Virus record (IMG/VR): IMGVR_UViG_3300009128_000001
DNA from: an uncultured virus (IMG/VR IMGVR_UViG_3300009128_000001)
Taxonomy: Duplodnaviria > Heunggongvirae > Uroviricota > Caudoviricetes
Direction: 5' to 3' (one strand)
DNA: 52,187 bases
Part shown: positions 28,649 through 39,246 of the stretch, piece by piece
Layout: the number at the start of each line of letters is the position of its first letter
Numbering within the stretch: position 1 is the stretch's first letter
Translations under genes and position numbers: made by a program
The notes under the pieces: model-generated
Database searches by the model: none
Told to the model about the DNA's origin: nothing
The model's input: only the letters and a program-made list of their open reading frames with translations

Positions 28649-29632
28649 CATAATCTTTTCTTTATATGCAAGATCTAAATCGTGATCAATCATAGACTGA
28701 ACCAAATCATCAAATGAGTAATTGGGCTTCCACCCTAATTCATTCCTAACTTTAGACGCATCTCCACATAATTCAGGAACTTCAGTTGGTCTAAGATATC
28801 TGGGATCAAATTCCACGTGGTCATTCCAATCCATATTTAATTTAGAAAAAACCGCCTCTAAGAATTCCTTTACAGATCTGGTCTCACCAGTTGCAATCAC
28901 ATAATCATCCGGATGATCGGCCGTAATAATTTTATACATCCCGCGAACCACATCCCGCGCATCAGACCAATCTCTCTTTGCGTCCAAATTACCAAGATAT
29001 AGTTTCTTCTGAAGGCCTAGATAAATCCTTGTAGCGGCCCTGGTAATTTTCCTAGTAACAAACGTCTCACCACGCCTAACGCCTTCATGGTTAAATGTTA
29101 TAGAATTTGTAGCAAATAAATCATAAGCATTGCGATAATTGATTGTAGCATAATACGCATTCACTTTAGCACAGGCATATGGAGATTGCGGCATAAATTT
29201 TGTTGTTTCATTTTGTGGTGATGGCGCGGCCCCAAACATCTCGCTGGTACTTGCTTGTAAAAATCGCGTATTTGGGCTGTATTTTCTTATAGCCTCCAAA
29301 CACCTAATAACCCCAGTAGCGCCCACATCTGTTGTATATTCTGGAATGTCAAAACTTACTCTAACATGAGATTGACAGGCCATATTAAAAAATAAATCCG
29401 CCTTAGTATCACACACAAAACTAACAAGCGATGAATAATCCGAAAGATCTCCGTATACAAGCTCTAAATTATCGCATATGTGGGGATCTTTATATATATG
29501 ATCTATTCGCTGCGTATTAAAACTACTGCTGCGCCTAACAAGACCATAAACCTTATACCCCTTTTCTAATAATAATTCTGCCAAATAAGACCCTGTTTGA
29601 CCAGTAATGCCAGTAACACAAGCTGTATTCAT
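28628..29632 (-). CDS. gmd: GDP-mannose 4,6-dehydratase (likely start 29632)
   Basis: VTGITGQTGSYLAE, QSHVRVSF, QASTSEMFG, PQSPYACAK, FNHE...RGETFVTRKIT, LGNLDAKRDW; GGAG SD. Confidence 0.95.
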   Translation of the reverse strand: MNTACVTGITGQTGSYLAELLLEKGYKVYGLVRRSSSFNTQRIDHIYKDPHICDNLELVYGDLSDYSSLVSFVCDTKADLFFNMACQSHVRVSFDIPEYTTDVGATGVIRCLEAIRKYSPNTRFLQASTSEMFGAAPSPQNETTKFMPQSPYACAKVNAYYATINYRNAYDLFATNSITFNHEGVRRGETFVTRKITRAATRIYLGLQKKLYLGNLDAKRDWSDARDVVRGMYKIITADHPDDYVIATGETRSVKEFLEAVFSKLNMDWNDHVEFDPRYLRPTEVPELCGDASKVRNELGWKPNYSFDDLVQSMIDHDLDLAYKEKIMGEEIKE

Positions 29633-29700
29633 TTTGTCTCCCAAATTTTTAAAATTTATCTGCTTAATTATATAACATGAGCGCCCAAACAAACAATAGC

Positions 29701-30369
29701 TCATGCAAAAAATGGCTCAAATTCCTTAGAAATCAACTTATTATAAATATAATCACCATATTTATGTTTAAACTTTTTTCTATTGCTCTCGTACTGATTT
29801 GACAACATCTGATTATGAAAATACCTTTTATCTGAATCGAGATTGATCACTTGCTTTATTACTTTGCCCTTTTTTACTATTTTTAGGACATCATTTAGCT
29901 TTTTTCGATCAACTGAGTGATTTTTATTAAAAAATTTAATAATTTTTCTAAATTCACGATAATTAACACTTTTTAATGTTTCATACCTCACAATTTCTTT
30001 TGAAAAACCGGATATTAGATACTTTTTAAAATGATTTCTTAATAGTTTTATTTGCTCATCTACAAGGCGATTATTTATTTTATTGTGTTCGGCTGTCAAT
30101 AACGAATATATGACATCATCTGGGTTTCTATATAAATATAGTATTCTATCATGTGTTATTTTAAGATCGGAGAATATATCGTGATCATGAAACCACAAAT
30201 AATTTGACTGTCTTTTCCCCTCATTCAAAAAGCTTACGGGGCCTTTTCTTAATCTCGGCCGATCATAATACAGCTCCAAAACACAATTTATCCAATGGCT
30301 GCCGCTGCGAGGGTAGGAAATCAATAATGAGAGATTCTCCATTCTTGGATCATAAGAGTTAGCATTCAT
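29701..30369 (-). CDS. Sulfotransferase-fold protein (Sulfotransfer_1-like)
   Basis: LISYPRSGSHW, YLYRNPDDVIYS, VRYETL; ATGA overlap at 30366-30369. Confidence 0.8.
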   Translation of the reverse strand: MNANSYDPRMENLSLLISYPRSGSHWINCVLELYYDRPRLRKGPVSFLNEGKRQSNYLWFHDHDIFSDLKITHDRILYLYRNPDDVIYSLLTAEHNKINNRLVDEQIKLLRNHFKKYLISGFSKEIVRYETLKSVNYREFRKIIKFFNKNHSVDRKKLNDVLKIVKKGKVIKQVINLDSDKRYFHNQMLSNQYESNRKKFKHKYGDYIYNKLISKEFEPFFA

Positions 30370-31145
30370 ATTTTTTTCCATATTAAGGGTTCTTCTCTGG
30401 ATCCTAAGTATCCATATAAATCGCCGAATTTTTCTTCTAATTCTTTTCGGTTTGAAATAAGATTATATATCTTTTCAGACGCCTGCTTTTTGCTGTGAGT
30501 CTCAAAGCGCTCAATAGCTGGCACTCCAACAAACTTACGTATTTGATTTATTTTATTTATGTCTAAAGAAAGATCATAACCTACAATATCCTCGTATGTT
30601 ACAGACATAGAATTACGATATCCAATATTCTCCAAAAAATTCAAGCAAAATTTTATTTTATTATAATTTGCTGTTATATGCCTCTCTACTTTGTCCAAAT
30701 TAATATCGATCTTTTCTGGCGGGACACTTCTTCTGCCCCATAACTTTAAAGACCATTGGTTAGTAATTCCCGCTATCATTCTGGATACCGCTGTTTCTAA
30801 TAGATTTTTTCTATATAACAATATTTTGCATATATTTTTTCTTTTAATAATTTTCCCTAATGTCTCTTGCGGAGTTTGTGCGAGCATCAATCTGGTACCA
30901 ACTATAGGGTATCGCTGTGCTTTATAGAACAAATTGATAAAACTTATCGGATCGTACATTCTATTAATTATAGTGTTCATGTTCTTATTAACAAAATGCT
31001 CATTTCCGGCCAAATATTTACGTAAATATCTCCCGCCAAATATCTCTCTATAAAAATAAGTTGTATTTTTATGCTCACAAATATCTTTTAATAAATTCGA
31101 TCCCGCCCTTGCGTGGGCAATAATTACTATGCGTTTTTGTTTCAT
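30366..31145 (-). CDS. Sulfotransferase-fold protein (Stf0-like)
   Basis: IIAHARAGSNLL, LLYRKNLLETAVS...A..T.QW, VTYEDI, KKQ. Confidence 0.75.
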   Translation of the reverse strand: MKQKRIVIIAHARAGSNLLKDICEHKNTTYFYREIFGGRYLRKYLAGNEHFVNKNMNTIINRMYDPISFINLFYKAQRYPIVGTRLMLAQTPQETLGKIIKRKNICKILLYRKNLLETAVSRMIAGITNQWSLKLWGRRSVPPEKIDINLDKVERHITANYNKIKFCLNFLENIGYRNSMSVTYEDIVGYDLSLDINKINQIRKFVGVPAIERFETHSKKQASEKIYNLISNRKELEEKFGDLYGYLGSREEPLIWKKI

Positions 31146-31185
31146 ATCTAAGATGCTTTTTTATTCAACTAACACAATAATCTGG

Positions 31186-31833
31186 CTATTTAATGTTTTT
31201 AAGAGTTAAATTTTGCAAAAGCACATCTGAAAAGAAATCTTGAACAACACGCCATTCACCCGGCAGCGCGTCCAACAGTGTTTCCATATCTTTTTGGCCT
31301 TCATACAACTCTACGTTAGCATATTCTGTATATAAATATTTTGTAGTGCTTAATGTTTGCTGGCCACCTAAAATCATATTATATTCCCCACCCTGAACAT
31401 CCGCCCAAATAAAATCTACATGATCAATGTTGTTATCATTACAAAATGAGTCTAAGGTACACGTTTTTACTGTTACAGATTTATCAAACGTAACCCATGG
31501 CCATCTCTCTAAATGTTTTTTGGGCCTATGCAAAGAGGATGAGGCAGTATTATTTCTAGAATGTTCTGGTGGCGTTCCGTTAGACTGAAAAAATTCGGCA
31601 ACACCATTTTTATTACTTATAGCCATCTCTATCAAATGTATTCTACTGGTAATATTGTTATTTTTTAGAAATTTTATATTACGAGGATCACACTCAAAAC
31701 CGTAATATGTTGAATTCTTAAACAAATTCAACAATGTCGATGTGTCTTGACCTCTGTGCACCCCTATCTCAAAAATAACCGGACTATCAGTATTTAAAGA
31801 TACATCTTTTAGTCTTTCGCGAGTTGTACTCAT
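31186..31833 (-). CDS. FkbM-family SAM methyltransferase
   Basis: IFEIGVHRGQD, FECDP, ASSSL, TLDSF, DFIWADVQGGE, LYTEY...LYEGQ. Confidence 0.88.
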   Translation of the reverse strand: MSTTRERLKDVSLNTDSPVIFEIGVHRGQDTSTLLNLFKNSTYYGFECDPRNIKFLKNNNITSRIHLIEMAISNKNGVAEFFQSNGTPPEHSRNNTASSSLHRPKKHLERWPWVTFDKSVTVKTCTLDSFCNDNNIDHVDFIWADVQGGEYNMILGGQQTLSTTKYLYTEYANVELYEGQKDMETLLDALPGEWRVVQDFFSDVLLQNLTLKNIK

Positions 31834-31852
31834 AATATTTAATTGTACTCCA

Positions 31853-32668
31853 TTATTTTAAAAAAGTATGAAACTTCTTTTTAATACTATTATCAACTAC
31901 ATGCCTCTCTATTAATCTAGCGCATAATTTTCTAAACTTAATATCATGATTATAAGATTTTTTAATATTCCACACCATTTTAACATCTTTCTTCCATCTA
32001 ATATCCGAGCCGACACAAGCAAACTTTTCAAACTCGTTTAAAAATTTATCATTTTCAAATTCAAAAAAATGTAAAAATTTGTTTGGATATTTATTTTCAT
32101 ATTCAAATAGCCATGCATATATTTTGAACAAACGTCTTAAAACATCCTTTTTATTTTGTGCGTTTTTAGAAAATAAGCCCCTTCTGTTTTTGTCGGGCGC
32201 ATTAGAAACCGAACAATCCATTGGGTTTCTTATAGGGAATAAAAATCGAAATTTATCATTTCTAGATATTAGCCTGTCAAAATTTTGATTCATTATTACA
32301 TTGGTATTATTATGAGAGTCTTTCCAAACAATAGACTTTATATTTTTTTTGTTTGTACTTTTATATCTACTCCCGAATACTCTTTGCATCATTTTATAGT
32401 CTCTAAATGCATGCGAAGCGGTAATTACTCCTCCTTCTCTTGGGATTGCCTGCTCTTTTCTAGCTATCTCAAGAACTTCATTAATAAAATTATTCATCTT
32501 TTTATTAGAATATTTAACCAAGAAATTAGTATTGCTATTTTTATTTATAGAAAAGCCGTGATTTAAAACCTGTACTTCCGGGTGAAGCATACAACAAGAA
32601 GCTATAAAGGTAGTCAAATTACGATAAGGGCCTAACATAATGCAAACTGTATTCATTTTATCCTTCAA
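31853..32668 (-). CDS. Divergent sulfotransferase-fold protein (start may be 32656)
   Basis: MLGPYRNLTT....MLHP and FPIRNPMDCSVS at PSB/PB positions. Confidence 0.6.
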   Translation of the reverse strand: MKDKMNTVCIMLGPYRNLTTFIASCCMLHPEVQVLNHGFSINKNSNTNFLVKYSNKKMNNFINEVLEIARKEQAIPREGGVITASHAFRDYKMMQRVFGSRYKSTNKKNIKSIVWKDSHNNTNVIMNQNFDRLISRNDKFRFLFPIRNPMDCSVSNAPDKNRRGLFSKNAQNKKDVLRRLFKIYAWLFEYENKYPNKFLHFFEFENDKFLNEFEKFACVGSDIRWKKDVKMVWNIKKSYNHDIKFRKLCARLIERHVVDNSIKKKFHTFLK

Positions 32669-33398
32669 ATTTATAATTATACTTATCTATAATCAAACGA
32701 TCTTTATATTTTACAAGATTTATAAGTTTTTTAGTGTAATATCTTGAATAATGTTTATGTTTGGTTGGGTTAACCTTTTTACATGTCCTACAAATAGTAA
32801 TAGCTTTTTCTTTATCACAAATTCCTTTATCAGCTATTAGGTTTATAAGACTAGTAGACAGACTTTCATTCCTTAATACACGATCTAATGATAAGAGCCT
32901 ATTATGACGCTTAAATATGATATTCTTATTATAAAATATGTTTTCATAATTCTTACAAAACATATAAATATACCTATAAGAGAAAAACCCGATATCTAGA
33001 TTCCGCATGTATTCAAACACTGGCACCGTAGCTTTTTTATATGGATTCCCCACTGGATAAAACTTCATATCTTGATGTTTTTGCGCAAACTTGTCCGATA
33101 AAAAAACAGACAAAAAATGATGAAATGTATTTTTAGGGCCAAGACTGTTCGTGAGCTTTAGCCATTTTCCATGTGGTTGCTGAAAATGATATAGCGATAC
33201 ATACCAGTCCCACGGATTGCGTATGACGCCGAATTTAAATTTTTTAAAATCATGTCTTTTCAGATCATGTACAGGAGTATGCCACTCTTCCAATGGTAAA
33301 AAAAGAGATGAAGAACATATATTTTTCAAAACCCGACGAACAAATGCCCCTCCTGTTCGCGGATTATGTACGAAAACAAATTTACTATCTATAATCAT
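32658..33398 (-). CDS. Sulfotransferase family 2-like protein
   Basis: FVFVHNPRTGG, FGVIRNPWDWYVSLY, LRNESL, HYSRYY...D....YNYKF. Confidence 0.82.
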   Translation of the reverse strand: MIIDSKFVFVHNPRTGGAFVRRVLKNICSSSLFLPLEEWHTPVHDLKRHDFKKFKFGVIRNPWDWYVSLYHFQQPHGKWLKLTNSLGPKNTFHHFLSVFLSDKFAQKHQDMKFYPVGNPYKKATVPVFEYMRNLDIGFFSYRYIYMFCKNYENIFYNKNIIFKRHNRLLSLDRVLRNESLSTSLINLIADKGICDKEKAITICRTCKKVNPTKHKHYSRYYTKKLINLVKYKDRLIIDKYNYKFEG

Positions 33399-33409
33399 TA
33401 AAATGTAAT

Positions 33410-34399
33410 TTATAACTTAAATGTTGTTACACCATCGGGATTATGCTGGGTAATATCAAACACCCATCTTACTTTGCGTTTTGTTAGCCAATGGCCCCAT
33501 ACTATGCCCACATTTTTTTTTCTTTTCACTATCTCATCATGAAAATAGTAAACATTCACAGCCATCCCAATATCTAGCATAAATGCTCTTTCTAGATGAG
33601 AGTGCAGATCTAGCACCATACATGTTGCAGCAGATCCGCCAATAAATAAATATAACACATCATAACCTTGGCTGACGTACGTTTTATGCCTTCTAATTAT
33701 TTCTCTTTTTGTCTTATTAATATAAATTAAAGCCTTATACTTGTCTATTTCTATATGCTCAAAATTCTTCAGGCCCATTTTATAACCAAAATTTTTATAT
33801 AAAAATGGGCCAACTATTACGATTTTTAATTTTTTATTTTTTGCAATTCCCGATAAAAACGTATGGATTTCCCCGCTATAAGCCCAGCTGCGCCAAATAA
33901 AAGCATTATACGGAACCTTACCAGCAACAGTAGTAAAAGTTTGAATAAAATCTGCGACATTGTGCTTATCACGTGGTGGTGGTAGTGGCCCTGAGTGTAT
34001 AGCTGTATTACTGAATCCAAATAACAGATTGTCTGGAGTAGGGCGCCCAAAAGCAGACACCAGTGATCGCAAAGCCTTCGTATCTGCCTGAAATTGGCGC
34101 CCATAAGACTGGCCATGATGCCATGCATGAACAATATTTTTAGCCATGTCATTTATGAACGGCTTGGACTGCAATAACTGTGGGGTGACCTGGTTCAACC
34201 TTATTTTCATTAGTGATAACGCCTTCCTCATCATCATTAAAGTTTCTACACTATATTTAGGCATAGAAAAATATTCTTTATTATTAATTTTATCCAGGAA
34301 AAACTGTACATTTGGAACAAGGAGTTTAAAATTACTTCCTTGATGGGCTGGTATATTTTCGACGTTTTTCATTAATGATTTCCTTATAAGTATAACCAA
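33410..34399 (-). CDS. Hypothetical protein, possible divergent GT-D-fold glycosyltransferase; paralog of 34416..35474
   Basis: YFS..KYS.E, IVIVGP, VLYLFIGGSAA...AFMLDIG motifs. Confidence 0.55.
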   Translation of the reverse strand: MVILIRKSLMKNVENIPAHQGSNFKLLVPNVQFFLDKINNKEYFSMPKYSVETLMMMRKALSLMKIRLNQVTPQLLQSKPFINDMAKNIVHAWHHGQSYGRQFQADTKALRSLVSAFGRPTPDNLLFGFSNTAIHSGPLPPPRDKHNVADFIQTFTTVAGKVPYNAFIWRSWAYSGEIHTFLSGIAKNKKLKIVIVGPFLYKNFGYKMGLKNFEHIEIDKYKALIYINKTKREIIRRHKTYVSQGYDVLYLFIGGSAATCMVLDLHSHLERAFMLDIGMAVNVYYFHDEIVKRKKNVGIVWGHWLTKRKVRWVFDITQHNPDGVTTFKL

Positions 34400-34415
34400 G
34401 CTCCTACATCATCCC

Positions 34416-35474
34416 TTATTTTAACTGACGCCTTTGCTTTTTTTTGTTTTTGCGCTTGTTAATACTCCTTCGTACAAAAAATTCTACTAGATGGTGCAAC
34501 GGCGGTTCGGGTGGCGCATCATTACGATCTCCAAACAAAACAACCCCATTTTCCACCTCATAATCCAGGTTTAATATCCATTCCGGCCTTCTCTTAACCA
34601 ACCAATTACCCCATTGCCATTTGGGAGTTATTTTTCGTATATCGTCATACAAATAGTATGCATCAAGGGCTCTCCCTATATCTATCATAAACGCCTTTTC
34701 CAATATACCATGTAATTCTAATATTAGCCACATTGCCACCGAACCACCAACAAACAGATATAAAACATCATCGCCATTACGAATAAGTTTTTTATGATTC
34801 TTTATGATGGCCTTTTTTGTTTCCTCAATATGTAACACAGCGTCCGTGTAATGAATCTCTATATGTTGGAAATTTGATATTCCAAGCTTATAACCAAAAT
34901 TATAAAAAAAATATGGCCCCACAATAACTACTTTTAGTTTTTCTCTATTCTTGGCAAATGTTATAAGTTTGTGTATATCCCCGTTGCCAGACCACACTCT
35001 CCATATTAAAACATTAAAAAAGGTCTTTCTAGATAGGCCAGTAATCTGTTTAACAGATTGGTACATAGTAGACGTTCGGACCGGTGATGGGTTTATTAAT
35101 GGGCCTGATTTAGGAAGATATCGCCTTCCGAATGATGCGCTAAAAAGCATATTATCCGGGTAATCCTCGAACAAAGCCCTAAGCAACCTACATACAACCG
35201 CGATATTAAATTTCCACGGCCTACGGCCGCGCTGGCCCTCCCATTTGTCCTTCATCTTAATTGATAAATTATAAATGAACTCCTCGGACGAAAACGTGCT
35301 ATGCGTCAACTCATCAGAAGACATCCCAAGCATAATTATCCCCCGATGCACCATCATCCACCATTCAAGACTATATTTTACAATCGAAAAATATCTATTT
35401 TTATTAATATTATTAATAAAAAACTTTATTTTAGGAAAGGTTGTAGTAATTTCAGATGTTTTGTGTTGCGGCAT
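34416..35474 (-). CDS. Hypothetical protein, possible divergent GT-D-fold glycosyltransferase; paralog of 33410..34399
   Basis: Same motifs (VLYLFVGGSVA...AFMIDIGRALD); basic C-terminal tail. Confidence 0.55.
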   Translation of the reverse strand: MPQHKTSEITTTFPKIKFFINNINKNRYFSIVKYSLEWWMMVHRGIIMLGMSSDELTHSTFSSEEFIYNLSIKMKDKWEGQRGRRPWKFNIAVVCRLLRALFEDYPDNMLFSASFGRRYLPKSGPLINPSPVRTSTMYQSVKQITGLSRKTFFNVLIWRVWSGNGDIHKLITFAKNREKLKVVIVGPYFFYNFGYKLGISNFQHIEIHYTDAVLHIEETKKAIIKNHKKLIRNGDDVLYLFVGGSVAMWLILELHGILEKAFMIDIGRALDAYYLYDDIRKITPKWQWGNWLVKRRPEWILNLDYEVENGVVLFGDRNDAPPEPPLHHLVEFFVRRSINKRKNKKKQRRQLK

Positions 35475-36166
35475 TATTTGTTAATTATCCAAGCACGCCT
35501 TCCACAGACTCGCTGGTATTTTATGTTGTTATTTGCGCAAAAATTATGTACCGCCAACTGAACGCTACGCCAACCAAAATCATCACCCCATATTGTGCCG
35601 CCTCTCTTTACTTTTGGAAGCCAGAGTGACAAATCTTCATAAACTGAATCATAAGAATGGTCACCATCGATAAATACAACATCAACAGATCCATTTTTAA
35701 ATGTTGGTGCTACATTTTTAGAGAAATCATGGACCAATGTTACATTTTTATCATATCCTTCGCACTGTATGATATGTTCTAAATTTAAGCGTATTTTTTT
35801 TATTTTCCTTCGATATATTTTTCTCTTCCTTGCGACCAAAGGCATGCCATTCGCACTAGAAATCTTTTCCCAAGGATCAACGCCATATATGTGGCTATTG
35901 GTTTGTTGACAGCTCTCAATAACGCCCAATAAGCTAGCGCCTCCATAAACGCCAATTTCAACTATTATTCCGTTATTTAAACTCCTAATCAAATTATTAT
36001 AAAGATTAGATTCTGCTAACGAGTGCCATCCGTAAAATCTATGTGTTTTATGCTTGCGAAGCCGGCTCGTAGTGTGGATATTTCCGCCTGGATTTTTGGG
36101 GCCATCTCCAGCAATATGACCACAAACAGCGTGGTTTCGACACTTAGCGTGATTGCAATTTGCCAT
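35474..36166 (-). CDS. Class I SAM methyltransferase (Methyltransf_24-like)
   Basis: IVEIGVYGGAS, YGVDPW, VFIDGDHSYDSVYEDL, KRGGTIWGDD. Confidence 0.88.
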   Translation of the reverse strand: MANCNHAKCRNHAVCGHIAGDGPKNPGGNIHTTSRLRKHKTHRFYGWHSLAESNLYNNLIRSLNNGIIVEIGVYGGASLLGVIESCQQTNSHIYGVDPWEKISSANGMPLVARKRKIYRRKIKKIRLNLEHIIQCEGYDKNVTLVHDFSKNVAPTFKNGSVDVVFIDGDHSYDSVYEDLSLWLPKVKRGGTIWGDDFGWRSVQLAVHNFCANNNIKYQRVCGRRAWIINK

Positions 36167-36229
36167 TTTAGTTTTCCTTATTATGTAGGTGGAAATGAAT
36201 TCTAGTAATATATAATATTACGCCTAGAA

Positions 36230-36967
36230 CTACCCCTTTTCACATACTAAGAAAATACTAGAACACAAGTCTGGATAATTTTGTCCTAACTTATAACACC
36301 CCTCCAAATACTCCTCCGAAACAATATCCGTCTGAAGCAGCTTGTCCCATTGAAAATTTGCTAGCGCTTTAAAAAATATTCCAGATCTATGCGTTACATT
36401 CAGTCCAGCGAGCGCCACATCTCTCTCCAGTGTATCTAGAGTATATGTACACCTGTGACCATGCTTATCCTCCGCGGGTGTAACTGCCTGATTATGACTA
36501 ATTAACCCCATCTTTACAGCTATCTGTCTGGACGGTGCGTTTGCATTAGGGCAAACAAGAAATAATCTACCACCTTTCGCCAACCACTCATCATTAATAC
36601 GTCTCAACACAAATACCGGGTCATCCAAATGTTCTAATGTATGCATAAGAAGGATGTTGTCATACTGAGATGGCAACACAACTGTTTCAAAAAGATCATG
36701 AATTATATCAACTCTATCACCAAATATATGTGTTGCGGCTTCGACAGCATCACTAGATGCCTCTACACATGTAATATCTTTAAAATAAGGCAGAAGATAT
36801 TTTGTGAAATTTCCATTAAAACTTCCTAATTCTAATAAATTTCCATTTTTAAAAAAAGTTTTAAAAGACTTAAGCATAAAATCATACATTACAATGTCGA
36901 AATTATAACCATATTTACGATCTTTGGTGTCTCTTGACTCCTTATTATAATCTCTTTTTGTACTCAT
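36230..36967 (-). CDS. Class I SAM methyltransferase
   Basis: LLELGSFNG, HTLEHLDDP, GGRLFLVCPNA; homologous to 38527..39246. Confidence 0.88.
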   Translation of the reverse strand: MSTKRDYNKESRDTKDRKYGYNFDIVMYDFMLKSFKTFFKNGNLLELGSFNGNFTKYLLPYFKDITCVEASSDAVEAATHIFGDRVDIIHDLFETVVLPSQYDNILLMHTLEHLDDPVFVLRRINDEWLAKGGRLFLVCPNANAPSRQIAVKMGLISHNQAVTPAEDKHGHRCTYTLDTLERDVALAGLNVTHRSGIFFKALANFQWDKLLQTDIVSEEYLEGCYKLGQNYPDLCSSIFLVCEKG

Positions 36968-36971
36968 TTGG

Positions 36972-37529
36972 TTAGTCCCAATATTTAGTTTTTTCTACAA
37001 GTTGATAATAATCATCCTTGGTGATACCAACAACTATTTCATCCCAATATCGACCTCTTCTGAAAAAATAATTTCTTCTTCGACCTTCTGCCACCCATCC
37101 CAATTTCTCACAATAGAGATGGTACGCGATTGTATTGTATTCAATTATTGAGCCATCAAGCCTTTCTAGGTGCATCTCATCAAACGCATATCGCATACAT
37201 GTCATAAGATTATCATAACCATAGCCTTTTCCCCTAATATCTTTATCTCCCAACATTACTCCGTGCCATGCGTGATTATTACGCCAATCAATCTTAATCA
37301 TACTTGTTAAACCGATTAAACCAACATCAGGAGCTTCAATGGCAAATCTCTGGTTTAACGGATCATTTTGAAGATTGCAAAACCACTTTTTATGATAATC
37401 CATTGAGCTTGGAAAATGAATACCGCCCATTATATCCTGAGTATAGGGATCATTTGACCATTTATGTAGAAGTTCGAGATCACCTTCTTCAACCGCCCTG
37501 AGTAATACTTTTTTACCTTGAATATTCAT
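36972..37529 (-). CDS. GNAT N-acyltransferase (RimJ/PseH-like)
   Basis: LRAVEEGDL...W.ND, IDWRN, RGKGYG, YAFDEM.L.RL, N..A..LY, EG..R. Confidence 0.88.
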   Translation of the reverse strand: MNIQGKKVLLRAVEEGDLELLHKWSNDPYTQDIMGGIHFPSSMDYHKKWFCNLQNDPLNQRFAIEAPDVGLIGLTSMIKIDWRNNHAWHGVMLGDKDIRGKGYGYDNLMTCMRYAFDEMHLERLDGSIIEYNTIAYHLYCEKLGWVAEGRRRNYFFRRGRYWDEIVVGITKDDYYQLVEKTKYWD

Positions 37530-37562
37530 TATTTCTTTCCTTAATTACTAAATTTGCATTCA

Positions 37563-38513
37563 TTATTGCGTTAAAACCGCAATACCAAAGCCAAAACGTC
37601 CGAATTCATTGCCATTATATAGCATATATGTCTCCCCGTCACATTTAAATACATGTGGATAGTGCATATCTTGCGAATCCCAACCAGTTTCCGAAAGCTC
37701 TATACCGACATTAGCATCATCCCTGGTCCAATTAAATAAATCATCAGAATAGGCATAACCAATGCGATATCCTCTGTCATTCCCGCGGAAATCTAAACCA
37801 TAACGATAACTAAAATACATATGGTATTTGCTATCATGATAAAAAACATCAGGGCCTGCCTGACACTCATTATCTAAAATGCCATCGATTATATTATCAC
37901 CACTCCTCTCCCAATCCAGGCCGTCTTCTGATGTGGCCACCCTTATCTTATAGAACGACTCAGAATCACCTTGTGCATTCAAAACCCATTTCTCGCCGGC
38001 AAGATAAAACATATAAAGCTTGCCATCAAAAATTCTAACTTTTGGGCCACTAAACTGAAAGGGCTCATTAGGCGTATTCGTTATGATTGGCCCCTTACCA
38101 AGCCTCTCAAACTTTTCACCATCCTTACTAATGGCAACGCCTATTGCGGCATCTGCAAAAGTTGAGACCCTCCGCGTCCAACCAGCATAATAGAAATATA
38201 TTAAGTCATTTATTTTAGCCACACAAGTCGGGTAAATACCAAACTCATCAAAAGTTCCTAACTCTCCAAGCTCTAAAAGAGGCCCGTCAGCAACCCTTAT
38301 TATTTTTGTCAAATCTTTTCGATCCAAATCAAGAAATGTTGTATTACTAACATATTGGCCGTTTTTATCTCTGAGGGGCCTGCAAGAAAAATAAACCCTA
38401 ACAAAATCGTCAAAAATTAATGTAGAAGTACATTGCGCAAACTCCCGCATCCAGGGTTTATTTTTTATTTCGGTAGGATTAAAAATCCTGCCTAATTTTT
38501 TCCATTTAAACAT
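37563..38513 (-). CDS. Five-bladed beta-propeller glycosidase-like protein (GH32/43/130 clan-like)
   Basis: Repeated ..Y.YY.G...IGVA.S.DG..W blades, GTFDEFG, WDS..MHYP, LYNGN.FG..GFG.A. Confidence 0.75.
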   Translation of the reverse strand: MFKWKKLGRIFNPTEIKNKPWMREFAQCTSTLIFDDFVRVYFSCRPLRDKNGQYVSNTTFLDLDRKDLTKIIRVADGPLLELGELGTFDEFGIYPTCVAKINDLIYFYYAGWTRRVSTFADAAIGVAISKDGEKFERLGKGPIITNTPNEPFQFSGPKVRIFDGKLYMFYLAGEKWVLNAQGDSESFYKIRVATSEDGLDWERSGDNIIDGILDNECQAGPDVFYHDSKYHMYFSYRYGLDFRGNDRGYRIGYAYSDDLFNWTRDDANVGIELSETGWDSQDMHYPHVFKCDGETYMLYNGNEFGRFGFGIAVLTQ

Positions 38514-38526
38514 GAATACATATCTC

Positions 38527-39246
38527 CTAATAATATTTTTTTGTTGCTATAGCAAGAAGACTAGCACAATATTCAGGTATTTCTTCTCCAAGCCAATAAA
38601 ACGCGCGGACAGCATCGTCTCCCAGCGCTATCATTTGTGTTTCAGAAAGCGGTTTAAGGTACATTCCTTTTATTGATAATACTTTTAACCCCGCTTGTGA
38701 ACAATGATCTTTCATCATATCCACAGTATATAATTGCCTATGTCCCACCTCAATATCTTTTGGCGCCAGCTTCTCGTAATCTTCCAATAACCCCATTTTA
38801 TAACCAGCGCGGCGATTTAAAGACATACAATTTGGGGCAGAAATGAAAATCAACCCCTCATGTTTGACCAGCTCAGCAAGAAATTTGAGAGACTCTACTG
38901 GATCTCGAACATGCTCAATCACATTTAAAAAAAACACAAAATCATATTTACGTGTCGCTACAAAATCTTCCAGAAGAGCCTCATGACACACAATATTATT
39001 GAGCCTGCGTTTTAATAGGGTGATATTTTTAGAAGAAGGCTCAACCACTTCAAGATCATTAAATATTTTGCATAATTTTTCTGTACAAGAGCCAGAACCA
39101 CACCCAACTTCTAAAGCGCTTTTGCCTTGAGTATAATGCTGTTTAATAATTTCAATTTCGCGATCAACCATAAGCTCATCCATAGGATCAGCTTTTTCAT
39201 AAAAACTGCTGACGGATTCTAAATGCTCAATCTCTTTGGTATTCAT
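38527..39246 (-). CDS. Class I SAM methyltransferase
   Basis: LEVGCGSG, NVIEHVRDP, G.IFISAPN; homologous to 36230..36967. Confidence 0.88.
   Translation of the reverse strand: MNTKEIEHLESVSSFYEKADPMDELMVDREIEIIKQHYTQGKSALEVGCGSGSCTEKLCKIFNDLEVVEPSSKNITLLKRRLNNIVCHEALLEDFVATRKYDFVFFLNVIEHVRDPVESLKFLAELVKHEGLIFISAPNCMSLNRRAGYKMGLLEDYEKLAPKDIEVGHRQLYTVDMMKDHCSQAGLKVLSIKGMYLKPLSETQMIALGDDAVRAFYWLGEEIPEYCASLLAIATKKYY

Noticed and set aside
36198..36229. Imperfect AT-rich inverted repeat between two methyltransferase genes
   Set aside because: Weak stem without a clear U-tract; could be chance in AT-rich DNA.
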